Shown here one piece after another: positions 35,985-45,274 of a stretch of DNA of 54,625 nt. Under the pieces are notes generated by a model. That model was not told where the DNA came from, did not search any database, and was given only the letters and a program-made list of their open reading frames with translations. Position numbers and translations under genes: made by a program. The stretch lies in NCBI GenBank assembly GCA_964549745.1, contig CAZJWP010000003.1, forward strand, positions 1 through 54,625, in the 5' to 3' direction. This DNA comes from an uncultured bacterium (GTDB lineage: Bacteria > Fidelibacterota > Marinisomatia > Marinisomatales > J089). Each line of letters starts with the position of its first letter. The stretch's first letter is position 1.

Positions 35985-38962
35985 GTCTGGTTGTCCGTCT
36001 GCGCACTGCGCTCTTTTTTGCGATAATCCTATCGTTTCAGTGGCTTTTTGCCCAATTCGATTACAATCATCCCGAACTCAAATGGCAAACTTTCGAAACG
36101 GAACACTTCTATATTCATTTTTATGATAAAACTATAAACAGCGCCATAGAAGGTGCGGCTGTTGCGGAAAAAATTTATCCGGAAGTCACGCAACTTTATC
36201 AATATGAACCACCGGATAAAACCCATTTGATCTTTATGGATACGGATGATATTGCAAATGGGGCGGCGTATTATTACGACAACAAAATTATTATTTGGGC
36301 CAGTCCGCTGGATTATGAACTTCGTGGAAGTCATCGATGGTTGCAGGATGTTGTAACCCATGAATTCACCCATATTGTCAGTATTCAAAAATCGATGAAA
36401 GCAGGGCAGAAGTACCCGGCCATATACTTCCAGTGGATTGGATATGAACCGGAAAAACGGAATGACGTTTTATTCGGTTATCCGAACCAAATTGTGAGTT
36501 TTGCGGTTCCCGGGACACTTATCCCGCCCTGGTTTGCGGAAGGAATGGCTCAATTCCAATTTAAAGATTCGGATTATGATATTTGGGACACACATCGGGA
36601 CATGATTTTGCGTGATAGGACAATGCATAACAACCTGTTATCATTTCCCGCCATGTGTACGTTTGGAAAAACCGGTATCGGCAATGAATCCGTATATAAT
36701 TCCGGTTTTGCGCTTACGCGCTATATTGCAGTGAAATATGGCCCGGATAAAATTCGTGAATTGATGACGGAATTGGCTAAACCAGCCGAGTTTTCGTTCA
36801 GTGATGCTGTCCACAAAGTGCTGGGGATGAGTGCAGATGATTTGTACGATCAGTTTGTTTTAACACTGAAACAGCGATACAACGTTCTAACCGAAACGGT
36901 AAGGAATAACCCGCGTTCCGGGCAAATTATTCTCAAAGAAGGAACGACTAATCTTTATCCGGTCTGGGATGCGGCCGGAACCCGGTTTCTGTATATCTCC
37001 AATAAAGGAAAAGATTATTTTGGACAGACCGACCTGTATTTGCATGATATGGATTCAGGAAAAGATGTTCTGATCGATAAGGGCGTAAAAAGCGCTGCAA
37101 CATGGAGCCCAAATGGAAAAACTGTTTTTTACAGTCGGCGTCCCAAACACCCGAATGTGCACGGGTCAATCTATAATGATTTGTTTGCGTACAATTTGAA
37201 GAAGAAAAAGCCAGTCCGGCTCACCGAAGACTCCCGGGGAAGATCACCCGTCTATATTCCGATCGATTCTTCCCTGGCCTACATTTCAGTGACAGATGGG
37301 ATGGAAAATATTTTTCTTCTATCTTTGAAAGATAAATCGATTTCCCAACTCACCGATTTTAAAGACCATCGACTTGTCCATCATCTAAACTACATCCCCA
37401 AAGAAAAACGAATCGTGTTTGATGTGACGGTGAACCATTTTCGCAATGTATTGGCCTACGATTTTGCGGATTCAACAATTCGGACTTTATTGAACACTCG
37501 CGAATGGGATGAACGTGACCTGACGGTTACACCATCCGGAAATTGGCTGTATGCAGATGATCGTTCCGGAATTTTCAATCTTTATCAAATTCAGCCCGGA
37601 ACCCAGAATCAATCCTATGTAACCAATGTGCTTGGCGGCGCCTTTATGCCGGATGTGAATGCGAAGGGTCAGTGTGTCTATGTTGAATATTCGGATGGCG
37701 GCTACAAAATTGCGATGATGGATAGCCTGCAATACGTTTCCGAAGATGTGGTTGGATATTCTCCGAATTATTACCTACGAAACAGTCACATGAAACCGCC
37801 AATCCTGGAACCGGATACAAAACCACAGATCTCCGAATACGAAGATCAATTCGTACCGATGTTTATACTTCCCAGATTGACGATGGATTACCACACATTG
37901 AAACCGGGGTTTTATTTTTATTCGGATGAAGTTCTCCACCGATTAAATGTGTTTGGCGGCGCCAGTGTAAACCGCAAGAAAGATTTGGATCTTTACTTCC
38001 GGTTTGAATTTCACCGCCTGTTTCCAACACTTTATTTTGAGACGACATTTTTAACCCGGAGTACGTTGGATAACTATTTGTACAGCGATGCCTATAAGAT
38101 CGATGACAGACTCAGATTTCAACTGGTAGAATTCAGAACCGGAATGCTATTTCCGCTGTTTGGACAGAACACATTTGAAATCTACGGGAACTGGCAGCAA
38201 TATCGTGCTTTTGTAACAGAGTCGGTTCCGACTGAAAATGGGGTGTTAATTGGAAAAACCGCTTACGACTATTTCAGGGGGAACAGTCTCGTGCTGCATT
38301 GGCACACGGATGCGCACATCCCTAGATTCGATCAGGATATCAACCCGTCAAACGGTTTTAAATTGGACCTGCACACTGCCTATGAATGGAATAACTTTAT
38401 CGATAAACTCGATTTGAGCGATGCCGGAACATTGCTTGAGATATTTAAGCCCAATAACCTTTTCCGCGTTGAAGGCAATTTCCAATGGGCGGCTACTATT
38501 CCGCACACAAATCGCTGGACAATTGCCAGCGAAACCATTGGCGGATGGATTTCAAATAAAAAGGCGGATACATTTTTCGATCAATTTGCCGGGGGACTAC
38601 CGGGAATTCAAGGTTATCCCTTTTATAGTATTGAAGGCAGAAATTTATTTGTGGAACGTTTCGCGTTTCGGATTCCGATCTTTGAGAAGAAAAACTTCAA
38701 AACCGGATGGTGGATTTGGCAGAATTCCGTGATCGGAATTCTGTATCAATTTGGGGATGCGTGGGACTCGGACTTTTCTTTGAAACAATCCCTGGGATTT
38801 CAATGGCGGATTAATGGGTTCAGCTTTTATAATTTCCCGATTGCATTTGGTTGGGAAATCCATCGCGGACTCTCGTCATTTACGAGAACGACTGACCAGG
38901 GCCAAACAGTGAGTTATGGAAATGAAAACAGATACTACATCACGATTCTTTTTGGATTTTAA
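35981..38962 (+). CDS. Outer-membrane fusion protein: MA-clan metallopeptidase-like domain + PD40/TolB-like repeats + Omp85 (Bac_surface_Ag)-type C-terminal barrel
   Basis: 993 aa. Signal peptide (LSFQWLFAQ). HEFTH at nt 36359-36373 plus WFAEGMAQF. PD40-like repeats (SPNGKTVFYS, TPSGNWLYADDRSGIFNLY). C-terminal INPSNGFKLDL and FAGGLPGIQGYPFYSIEGRN, ending YYITILFGF. The TTG start overlaps the upstream stop. Confidence 0.6.
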   Translation: MSLVVRLRTALFFAIILSFQWLFAQFDYNHPELKWQTFETEHFYIHFYDKTINSAIEGAAVAEKIYPEVTQLYQYEPPDKTHLIFMDTDDIANGAAYYYDNKIIIWASPLDYELRGSHRWLQDVVTHEFTHIVSIQKSMKAGQKYPAIYFQWIGYEPEKRNDVLFGYPNQIVSFAVPGTLIPPWFAEGMAQFQFKDSDYDIWDTHRDMILRDRTMHNNLLSFPAMCTFGKTGIGNESVYNSGFALTRYIAVKYGPDKIRELMTELAKPAEFSFSDAVHKVLGMSADDLYDQFVLTLKQRYNVLTETVRNNPRSGQIILKEGTTNLYPVWDAAGTRFLYISNKGKDYFGQTDLYLHDMDSGKDVLIDKGVKSAATWSPNGKTVFYSRRPKHPNVHGSIYNDLFAYNLKKKKPVRLTEDSRGRSPVYIPIDSSLAYISVTDGMENIFLLSLKDKSISQLTDFKDHRLVHHLNYIPKEKRIVFDVTVNHFRNVLAYDFADSTIRTLLNTREWDERDLTVTPSGNWLYADDRSGIFNLYQIQPGTQNQSYVTNVLGGAFMPDVNAKGQCVYVEYSDGGYKIAMMDSLQYVSEDVVGYSPNYYLRNSHMKPPILEPDTKPQISEYEDQFVPMFILPRLTMDYHTLKPGFYFYSDEVLHRLNVFGGASVNRKKDLDLYFRFEFHRLFPTLYFETTFLTRSTLDNYLYSDAYKIDDRLRFQLVEFRTGMLFPLFGQNTFEIYGNWQQYRAFVTESVPTENGVLIGKTAYDYFRGNSLVLHWHTDAHIPRFDQDINPSNGFKLDLHTAYEWNNFIDKLDLSDAGTLLEIFKPNNLFRVEGNFQWAATIPHTNRWTIASETIGGWISNKKADTFFDQFAGGLPGIQGYPFYSIEGRNLFVERFAFRIPIFEKKNFKTGWWIWQNSVIGILYQFGDAWDSDFSLKQSLGFQWRINGFSFYNFPIAFGWEIHRGLSSFTRTTDQGQTVSYGNENRYYITILFGF

Positions 38963-39839
38963 ATCAATCCTCATATCATTTCTGATTGTATCCTCTTTCG
39001 GATTTGGGAAGGGAATATTGGATAACTACAGTTGGAAATACCATACAAACCACGCTTTCGCTTCCACGATTCCCGACACCAGTGATACGGTTTTTGTCAA
39101 TTACCATGGGAAAGCTCTCTTACTTTCTCTTGTACTACCCGGAGCAGGTCAGGTGTACAACCATGAGCCCTGGTGGAAATCTTCATTGTTTTTTGGGATT
39201 GAAATCGCCGGGCTTTACGAATACTGGTCTCTAAACAAGCAAGCAGAGGATATGCGTAAAAGATATGAACAGTTTGCAGATGATCACTGGACCCTGGAGA
39301 ATTTCTATTACAATACACCAAGACTTTTTGGTGAATTCGGTTATAAGGATGTGAAATTTGATGGGGCGCACAGTTTATCCTTTTCTCTGGCCGGGAATAC
39401 ATATTTACAAAAAGATATTGGCCAACTGAATGCGGATTCGTTGCAATATCTTTCCGTTTACAGAGATCGTGATTTTTATGAAAACGTAGGTAAATATGAT
39501 GAATTTGTCGGTGGATGGGATGATGTATTTGATGAGAACCAATTGCCCATATTTTATGAAAAGAATAAAACCGTTGGGGATTCAGTGGAAGTTTTGGTTA
39601 TGACCAATCACCGGGATTCTTATTTAACACAACGGGAAAAGAGTAATCATTTATTGGATATGGGTACATTTACTGTCAGTGTAATCATGATGAATCATCT
39701 CATTAGCGTGGTCGATGCTCTTTGGGCATCCAGTCATCAATCAAAATATACAGCCCGATTCAAACCGGCTTTAGGTTTACTCTATGATCGTAAAGCTCAA
39801 TATGGAATTCGTGGTGTATCTCTAGCCGTTACGTGGTAA
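38916..39839 (+). CDS. DUF5683-like membrane protein
   Basis: 307 aa. LSLVLPGAGQVYNHEPWWKSSLFFGIEIAGLYEYW resembles the DUF5683 signature (LPGxGQxYNxxxWK). The start overlaps the upstream gene by 41-47 nt (ATG at 38916 or 38922). Confidence 0.55.
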   Translation: MEMKTDTTSRFFLDFKSILISFLIVSSFGFGKGILDNYSWKYHTNHAFASTIPDTSDTVFVNYHGKALLLSLVLPGAGQVYNHEPWWKSSLFFGIEIAGLYEYWSLNKQAEDMRKRYEQFADDHWTLENFYYNTPRLFGEFGYKDVKFDGAHSLSFSLAGNTYLQKDIGQLNADSLQYLSVYRDRDFYENVGKYDEFVGGWDDVFDENQLPIFYEKNKTVGDSVEVLVMTNHRDSYLTQREKSNHLLDMGTFTVSVIMMNHLISVVDALWASSHQSKYTARFKPALGLLYDRKAQYGIRGVSLAVTW

Positions 39840-39843
39840 AGGA

Positions 39844-40617
39844 ATGAAACAAAAAATACTTATATTGTTCGGAATAGTCATTTGGATTGGACTGTCCGGT
39901 TGTGCGGGGTCCAAACCGGACGATAGCATGGACTATGAAGCTCGTTTTAACAAGGGTATGAAATACCTCAAAGATAAAAAATATATTAAGGCAGAAGATG
40001 AATTCAATTATGTTGTTTTAACCGGTTCGCATACCGAATGGGGGGACGATGCCCTCTTCTATTTGGGAGAAGCTTATTACGGGAATGAGGAATACTTGTT
40101 AGCCATCTCTGAATATGATCAGTTGACGCGGCGCATGACATTCAGTCCCTTTGTTGAAAAAGCACGCTGGCGGATGTGCCAGAGTTACTTCAAGCTATCT
40201 CCAAAATATTATCTTGATCAGGGAAATACCCAAAAGGCAATCGAAAAAACTCAGGAGTTTCTGGATGACTATCCGGAATCGGACTATGTTGATGCCGCCA
40301 ATGATATTATGATCAAACTCCGAAATAAATTGGGAGAGAAGTCCTATCAAACCGGAATCCTGTATATCAAGTTAGGTATATATGATTCGGCAGTTGATGC
40401 GTTTGAAAATGTGCTCAAGTCCTATTATGATACGGATTATATCTCGGAATCATACTTGGGATTAATTACTGCTTATTGTCATTTGCAAAACCTTGACAAA
40501 GCAAAAGAACTTTATTCGGAATATGAATCCGATTTGAAGGATGCAAAATTGCTTGCCAAAGCTGATGCGGAAATTCATAAATGTGAAAAACGAATCGAAA
40601 AGAAGAGCGACAAGTGA
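39844..40617 (+). CDS. bamD: Outer membrane protein assembly factor BamD
   Basis: 257 aa. Lipobox GLSGCAG. BamD-type TPR layout: FNKGMKYLKDKKYIKAEDEF, DDALFYLGEAYY, YYLDQGNTQKAIEKTQEFLDDYPESDYVDAANDIMIKLRNKLGEKSYQTGILYIKL. Confidence 0.8.
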   Translation: MKQKILILFGIVIWIGLSGCAGSKPDDSMDYEARFNKGMKYLKDKKYIKAEDEFNYVVLTGSHTEWGDDALFYLGEAYYGNEEYLLAISEYDQLTRRMTFSPFVEKARWRMCQSYFKLSPKYYLDQGNTQKAIEKTQEFLDDYPESDYVDAANDIMIKLRNKLGEKSYQTGILYIKLGIYDSAVDAFENVLKSYYDTDYISESYLGLITAYCHLQNLDKAKELYSEYESDLKDAKLLAKADAEIHKCEKRIEKKSDK

Positions 40618-41201
40618 AAATTTGCATATTTGGCGGGACGTTCGATCCTCCTCATATTGGTCATTTACTTATAGCACAAACGATATGTGAAGCAGAAAAT
40701 TTTGACAAGATTATTTTTATTCCCGCCAACATATCTCCACACAAACGAAATGTAAATGCGACTCCGGTTGAATTAAGGCATCAAATGCTTGAAAGTGCCG
40801 TTGCCAGCAATCCGCGTTTCGAAATTTCAGATATAGAAATCAATCGTGGTGGAATATCTTATTCAATCGACACAATTCGACAGATAAAGTCAGATATGGG
40901 TTTAAAATCAAAAGATACCTATTTTCTGATCGGTTCCGACACACTCAGAATATTTCACACCTGGAAAGATCCACAGGAAATATTGAATGAATGTCAGGTA
41001 ATTGTTGCGTTACGTCCCGGATTTAAACCCAGCGCAATTGAAAATTGGATATTGAGCAAAGTTCGATTTGCAAATATTCCCAGGATTGAAATTTCATCGA
41101 CGACAATACGCAATCGTTGGCGCGAAAATAAGACTATTCGCTATATGGTTACACAACCAGTCTGGGAATATATTAATAAGAAAAAACTGTATTCCGAATG
41201 A
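40614..41201 (+). CDS. nadD: Nicotinate-nucleotide adenylyltransferase
   Basis: 195 aa. GGTFDPPHIGHL motif, ISSTTIR near the C-terminus. GTG start overlapping the bamD stop. Confidence 0.9.
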   Translation: MKICIFGGTFDPPHIGHLLIAQTICEAENFDKIIFIPANISPHKRNVNATPVELRHQMLESAVASNPRFEISDIEINRGGISYSIDTIRQIKSDMGLKSKDTYFLIGSDTLRIFHTWKDPQEILNECQVIVALRPGFKPSAIENWILSKVRFANIPRIEISSTTIRNRWRENKTIRYMVTQPVWEYINKKKLYSE

Positions 41202-42121
41202 CAGGCACAAGTCTGCTCCAACTTGCGGCCGGATCTTTACTGTTATATTTTGGAGCTGAATGGCTTGTCCGGGGCGGAGTACATCTGGCTCGAATGCTTA
41301 AGATGTCGCCGCTTGCAATTGGATTGACGATTGTTGCGTTTGGTACGTCATTACCGGAATTATTCGTTAGTGTAAAAGCAGCGCTTCAAAATTCCGATTC
41401 CATTGCAATTGGAAATGTTCTGGGTTCAAATATCACGAATGTTGGATTGGTCCTGGGACTCAGTACTCTGATTTTCCCAATCGGTATTCATCTCCCCAGT
41501 ATTCTACGTGACCTTGTATTCTTCGCACTGGTATCTTTACTCTTGGTGGTTTTTTCACTAAACGGTGTTATCTCCCGTTGGGAAGGTGCGTTGTATGTGG
41601 TCATGCTGATTGGTTACACAGTCCGCAAGTTTATGAAACCACCGGCGGATGTAGAGGTTGTGCCGGATGTAGTCCATTCGGGATGGATTTCCGGTGGTCT
41701 CATTGTAGTTGGGAGTGGGTTACTCTATCTTGGGAGTGAATGGTTCATAGACGGTGCTGTAACCATTGCAAGAGTTTTGGGTATTAGTGAAATAGTTATT
41801 GGCATGACGATCGTGGCATTTGGTACCAGTTTACCCGAATTAGCCACTTCTGTTGTTGCCGCATTTCGAAAACAAGGCGCTATATCGATTGGTAATATAC
41901 TCGGCTCAAATCTTTTTAATCTGTTATCCGTGCTGGGGATTGCCGCACTGTTCAAACCCTTAGCGGTTCCGGCTTCTGTTTTAACACGTGAAATCCCGAT
42001 TATGGTTTGTTTTGGATTAGTCTTTTTTCCACTGAGTCACTTTAAACCGCATATTCCACGTTGGGTGTCATTGATATTGGTGTTCGGCTACATAATTTTT
42101 GTGTATTTTCTCTTTCGGTGA
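41198..42121 (+). CDS. Calcium/sodium antiporter (CaCA family, YrbG-like)
   Basis: 307 aa. Two alpha-repeats: AFGTSLPELFVSV...GNVLGSNITNVGLVLG and AFGTSLPELATSV...GNILGSNLFNLL. Confidence 0.85.
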   Translation: MTGTSLLQLAAGSLLLYFGAEWLVRGGVHLARMLKMSPLAIGLTIVAFGTSLPELFVSVKAALQNSDSIAIGNVLGSNITNVGLVLGLSTLIFPIGIHLPSILRDLVFFALVSLLLVVFSLNGVISRWEGALYVVMLIGYTVRKFMKPPADVEVVPDVVHSGWISGGLIVVGSGLLYLGSEWFIDGAVTIARVLGISEIVIGMTIVAFGTSLPELATSVVAAFRKQGAISIGNILGSNLFNLLSVLGIAALFKPLAVPASVLTREIPIMVCFGLVFFPLSHFKPHIPRWVSLILVFGYIIFVYFLFR

Positions 42122-42134
42122 TTTCTGATACGAT

Positions 42135-42788
42135 ATGATAAAATTTCAACATGTTTCCTATGAATTTAGTCGTGGCGGCGGTATCCTGGATATCAACCTT
42201 GATATTGGTGAGGGTGAATTTGCATTCCTGATTGGACCTACCGGGTGTGGCAAAACCACATTAATGCGGATGATTTATATGGATTTGTTTCCCCAAAAGG
42301 GGATTGTAGAAGTGGATGGGTATTTTTCGAATAAAATAAAACGTCGTCACATCCCCAAACTGCGACACAATATTGGAATGATCTTTCAGGATTATCATTT
42401 GTTAAACGATCGAAATGTTGCTCAAAATATTGCATTGCCCCTGCATGTCATCGGGCACCCAAAAAAAGAAATCGATGCCCTGGTTGAAGAAGTGATCGAA
42501 CAAGTGGGTTTAAAAGGGAAAGAAGGACATCTACCTCAAGAATTAAGCGGTGGTGAGCAACAACGGGTTTGCATCGCCCGGGCGTTAGTGAAAGATCCCG
42601 ATATTATCCTTGCCGATGAACCGACCGGAAATCTTGACCCGGTTACGTCTTTTGATTTGATCACTCTTTTGGAATCCATCCAGAAGGATGGTGTAACGAT
42701 CTTTATGAGCACCCATGATTATTCATTGATCAAAGGGCGGGAACAACGTGTGGTTCAAATGCAAAAAGGTGAGTTAGTGAGCGCGTAG
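42135..42788 (+). CDS. ftsE: Cell division ATP-binding protein FtsE
   Basis: 217 aa. Walker [25 protein letters not shown], Walker [12 protein letters not shown]. Followed by ftsX. Confidence 0.9.
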   Translation: MIKFQHVSYEFSRGGGILDINLDIGEGEFAFLIGPTGCGKTTLMRMIYMDLFPQKGIVEVDGYFSNKIKRRHIPKLRHNIGMIFQDYHLLNDRNVAQNIALPLHVIGHPKKEIDALVEEVIEQVGLKGKEGHLPQELSGGEQQRVCIARALVKDPDIILADEPTGNLDPVTSFDLITLLESIQKDGVTIFMSTHDYSLIKGREQRVVQMQKGELVSA

Positions 42789-43654
42789 TGGACCGATTTG
42801 CATTTCTGATTTCTGAGGGCATCCGGAATATTCGGCGTCATAAACTCACGGCCGCAACAACCGTTGTCAGCATGATATTGAACCTGGCGGTTTTGAGCGT
42901 CCTGTTTCTTGTCGGTGTCAATTCCCACCAATTCATTGAGTATATTCGTTCCAAGTACAAGATCGAAGTGTTTTTTACTCCGGATACGCCAACCGATCAA
43001 TTACAGACATTGAAATCCAAAATTGATGCCATCGATGGTGTGTATTCCACCACGATCATTACGCCTACTGATGCGGAGCGTATCTTCAAAGACCAATTCG
43101 GTGAAAATGTAGAGTCCATGTTGGGATATAATCCCTTACCGGCAAGTTGTGTTGTAAATGTGGTTCGGGATACAAAAAAACCGGTTTATCCGGAAGCAAT
43201 TATCCGGGAAATCAGAAAGATCGACGGTATCGATGATATCAGTTACCAGGGTCGGCTAATTACCCGAATTGAACGTGCATATGAATATGGGATACAACTG
43301 GAAATATTGGTGGCAGTGGTTATACTTTTGATTACAATTGTTATTATGTCGGGAACGATTCGGCTATCGGCTTATGCTCGTCAGGAATTGATGCAATCCA
43401 TGCATTTAATAGGAGCATCCAAATGGTTTATCAAATTCCCATTCATGGTGGAATCGGTGATTTTATCCCTTATTTCCGGGGGAATTACATACGGTTTGAC
43501 CGTCACTGCTATAGGTTGGGGAAATACATTTTTGTCCCGATATCAAATATCCATTAAGCCCGATCCTAATCTCTTGCCGGTTTTGCTTATTATTTCTACA
43601 GTGGTGGGAATTATCAGTGCGCAACGTGCCGTCTCAAAATTCTTGCGTACCTGA
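42788..43654 (+). CDS. ftsX: Cell division permease-like protein FtsX
   Basis: 288 aa. N-terminal FLISEGIRNIRRHKLT, TM1, a periplasmic domain, and 3 C-terminal TM helices. The GTG start overlaps the ftsE stop. Confidence 0.8.
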   Translation: MDRFAFLISEGIRNIRRHKLTAATTVVSMILNLAVLSVLFLVGVNSHQFIEYIRSKYKIEVFFTPDTPTDQLQTLKSKIDAIDGVYSTTIITPTDAERIFKDQFGENVESMLGYNPLPASCVVNVVRDTKKPVYPEAIIREIRKIDGIDDISYQGRLITRIERAYEYGIQLEILVAVVILLITIVIMSGTIRLSAYARQELMQSMHLIGASKWFIKFPFMVESVILSLISGGITYGLTVTAIGWGNTFLSRYQISIKPDPNLLPVLLIISTVVGIISAQRAVSKFLRT

Positions 43655-43664
43655 CGCCAGCGCC

Positions 43665-43694
43665 TTGTCCGGCATAAGCATCAAATAGTATTTT
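43665..43694 (+). promoter_or_regulatory. Candidate sigma-70-type promoter for hrcA-grpE-dnaJ (TTGTCC-N18-TATTTT)
   Basis: TTGTCC lies at 43665-43670 and TATTTT at 43689-43694. The 12-mer aaatagtatttt (43683-43694) is identical to 244-255 upstream of smpB. Confidence 0.3.
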
Positions 43695-43707
43695 AAACGA
43701 TTGAAAA

Positions 43708-44730
43708 ATGGGTAAAAAATCCATACTTAACGAACGGGAAGCTCAACTCCTGAAAAAAACCGTGGAGGAATTTATTGATTCCATCCAGCCGGTAGGGTCC
43801 AGCCATTTGAAGCAGCGGTACTCCATCCAGATGAGTTCCGCATCCATCCGGCAAATCCTTTCTCGTCTTGAACAAAAAGGATTATTGACCCATCCGTATA
43901 CATCGGCCGGTCGAATTCCCACCGATTTGGGTTATCGATATTATGTAGATCATTGCCTTGAAGATGAACCCAACCCCACGTTGCCGGACACCATTTTGGG
44001 AGAGTTATCCAGGTTATCTTTGGATATTAATCATGTACTCCAGGCAACGGCCCGGGTACTTGCGCGACTCAGTCATTTATTCGGGATGGTTGTTATTCCA
44101 AATCCCGATCAAAGTGTTTTGCATGATATTGAATTGATTTCGTTGTCCGATGAACGAATCATGATGGTACTGGCGATGGAATCAGGTCTGGTGAAATCAA
44201 TCGTGTTAAATCTGGATATTCAAGTTCGGGGACGGGATTTGGAGAAGATTCGGAAAATTCTGAACGAGCGATTATCCGGTTTGTCTCTGGCTGAAATCAT
44301 TACTACAATCGATTTTCGGTTGAAAGAGACGGACGTGTTTCATCATGAAATTGTGCAGGTTATTTTAGGTCATACAGAAGATTATTTTCATTTCGGATCT
44401 GAGATGATTGTTTTTTCTTCCTCCTTGCAACCCCTTTTATTGCATCCCGAATTCCAGGACCAAACAACACTTAATAATACCATTACCGCTCTGGACGAGG
44501 GTCATGTGCTACCGGTGATCTCACGGTCATTGGAACTGCCGGAAATATCCTGGACAATCGGTTCCGAGAATGAAGAAGTACTTCTTCAAAATTGTGCGGT
44601 GATTACCGCCCCATTTTCCAGCGGACTGATTCGCGGTCAATTTGCTCTGGTGGGCCCAACCCGAATACCTTACAAAAAAGTAAAACAGATTTTGGATTCA
44701 TTTGTGGAGATTATGCCTGATGTCTGCTAA
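43708..44730 (+). CDS. hrcA: Heat-inducible transcription repressor HrcA
   Basis: 340 aa. N-terminal winged-helix region: REAQLLKKTVEEFIDSIQPVGSSHL...SSASIRQILSRLEQKGLLTHPYTSAGRIPTDLGYRYYVD. Confidence 0.92.
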   Translation: MGKKSILNEREAQLLKKTVEEFIDSIQPVGSSHLKQRYSIQMSSASIRQILSRLEQKGLLTHPYTSAGRIPTDLGYRYYVDHCLEDEPNPTLPDTILGELSRLSLDINHVLQATARVLARLSHLFGMVVIPNPDQSVLHDIELISLSDERIMMVLAMESGLVKSIVLNLDIQVRGRDLEKIRKILNERLSGLSLAEIITTIDFRLKETDVFHHEIVQVILGHTEDYFHFGSEMIVFSSSLQPLLLHPEFQDQTTLNNTITALDEGHVLPVISRSLELPEISWTIGSENEEVLLQNCAVITAPFSSGLIRGQFALVGPTRIPYKKVKQILDSFVEIMPDVC

Positions 44731-45274
44731 AAAAGAGTCTACAGCGAAAAAAACTGCAACGACAACAAAGTCAAAGTCCAAGAAGACAAAAACAACGCCT
44801 CAAAAACATGACAAAAAATTGATTAAAGAATTGACCGATTCCCTGGCACAATCAGAAGAAAAAGCTTTAAGACTTCGTGCGGAATTCGACAATTTTCGCA
44901 AACGCAAAGAGCAGGAAATCCAAAAGATTTACGAATATAACGGGGAGACTATCTTTAAGGATCTGCTTCCGATTGTGGATGATATCGAACGTTTGGCGGA
45001 TGCTGTTTCCGACGGCGAATCGGATAAGAAATTGGACTCGTTGATCAAAGGGATTGAACTGATCCAGAAACGTTTAAATCGGCAATTGGAAGAGTGGAAG
45101 CTGGTTCCATTCGCCGAACCGGGCGATACTTTGGATCCTGAACTTCATGATGCCATGATGGTTCAATCGGATCCCGAAAAGGAAGAAAATCAAATATTAC
45201 AAGTTTTTGAAAAAGGGTATCAGTATAAAGACAGAATTCTGCGTCACGCGAAGGTTATAGTAAATAAAAAATGA
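44720..45274 (+). CDS. grpE: Nucleotide exchange factor GrpE
   Basis: The ATG at 44720 precedes a K/T-rich tail. Then LRLRAEFDNFRKRKEQE, and C-terminal FEKGYQYKDRILRHAKV. Confidence 0.9.
   Translation: MSAKKESTAKKTATTTKSKSKKTKTTPQKHDKKLIKELTDSLAQSEEKALRLRAEFDNFRKRKEQEIQKIYEYNGETIFKDLLPIVDDIERLADAVSDGESDKKLDSLIKGIELIQKRLNRQLEEWKLVPFAEPGDTLDPELHDAMMVQSDPEKEENQILQVFEKGYQYKDRILRHAKVIVNKK

Noticed and set aside
43655-43707. Search for a CIRCE operator (TTAGCACTC-N9-GAGTGCTAA) upstream of hrcA
   Set aside because: No such inverted repeat is present in the spacer. This is reported as an absence in the findings, not as a feature.
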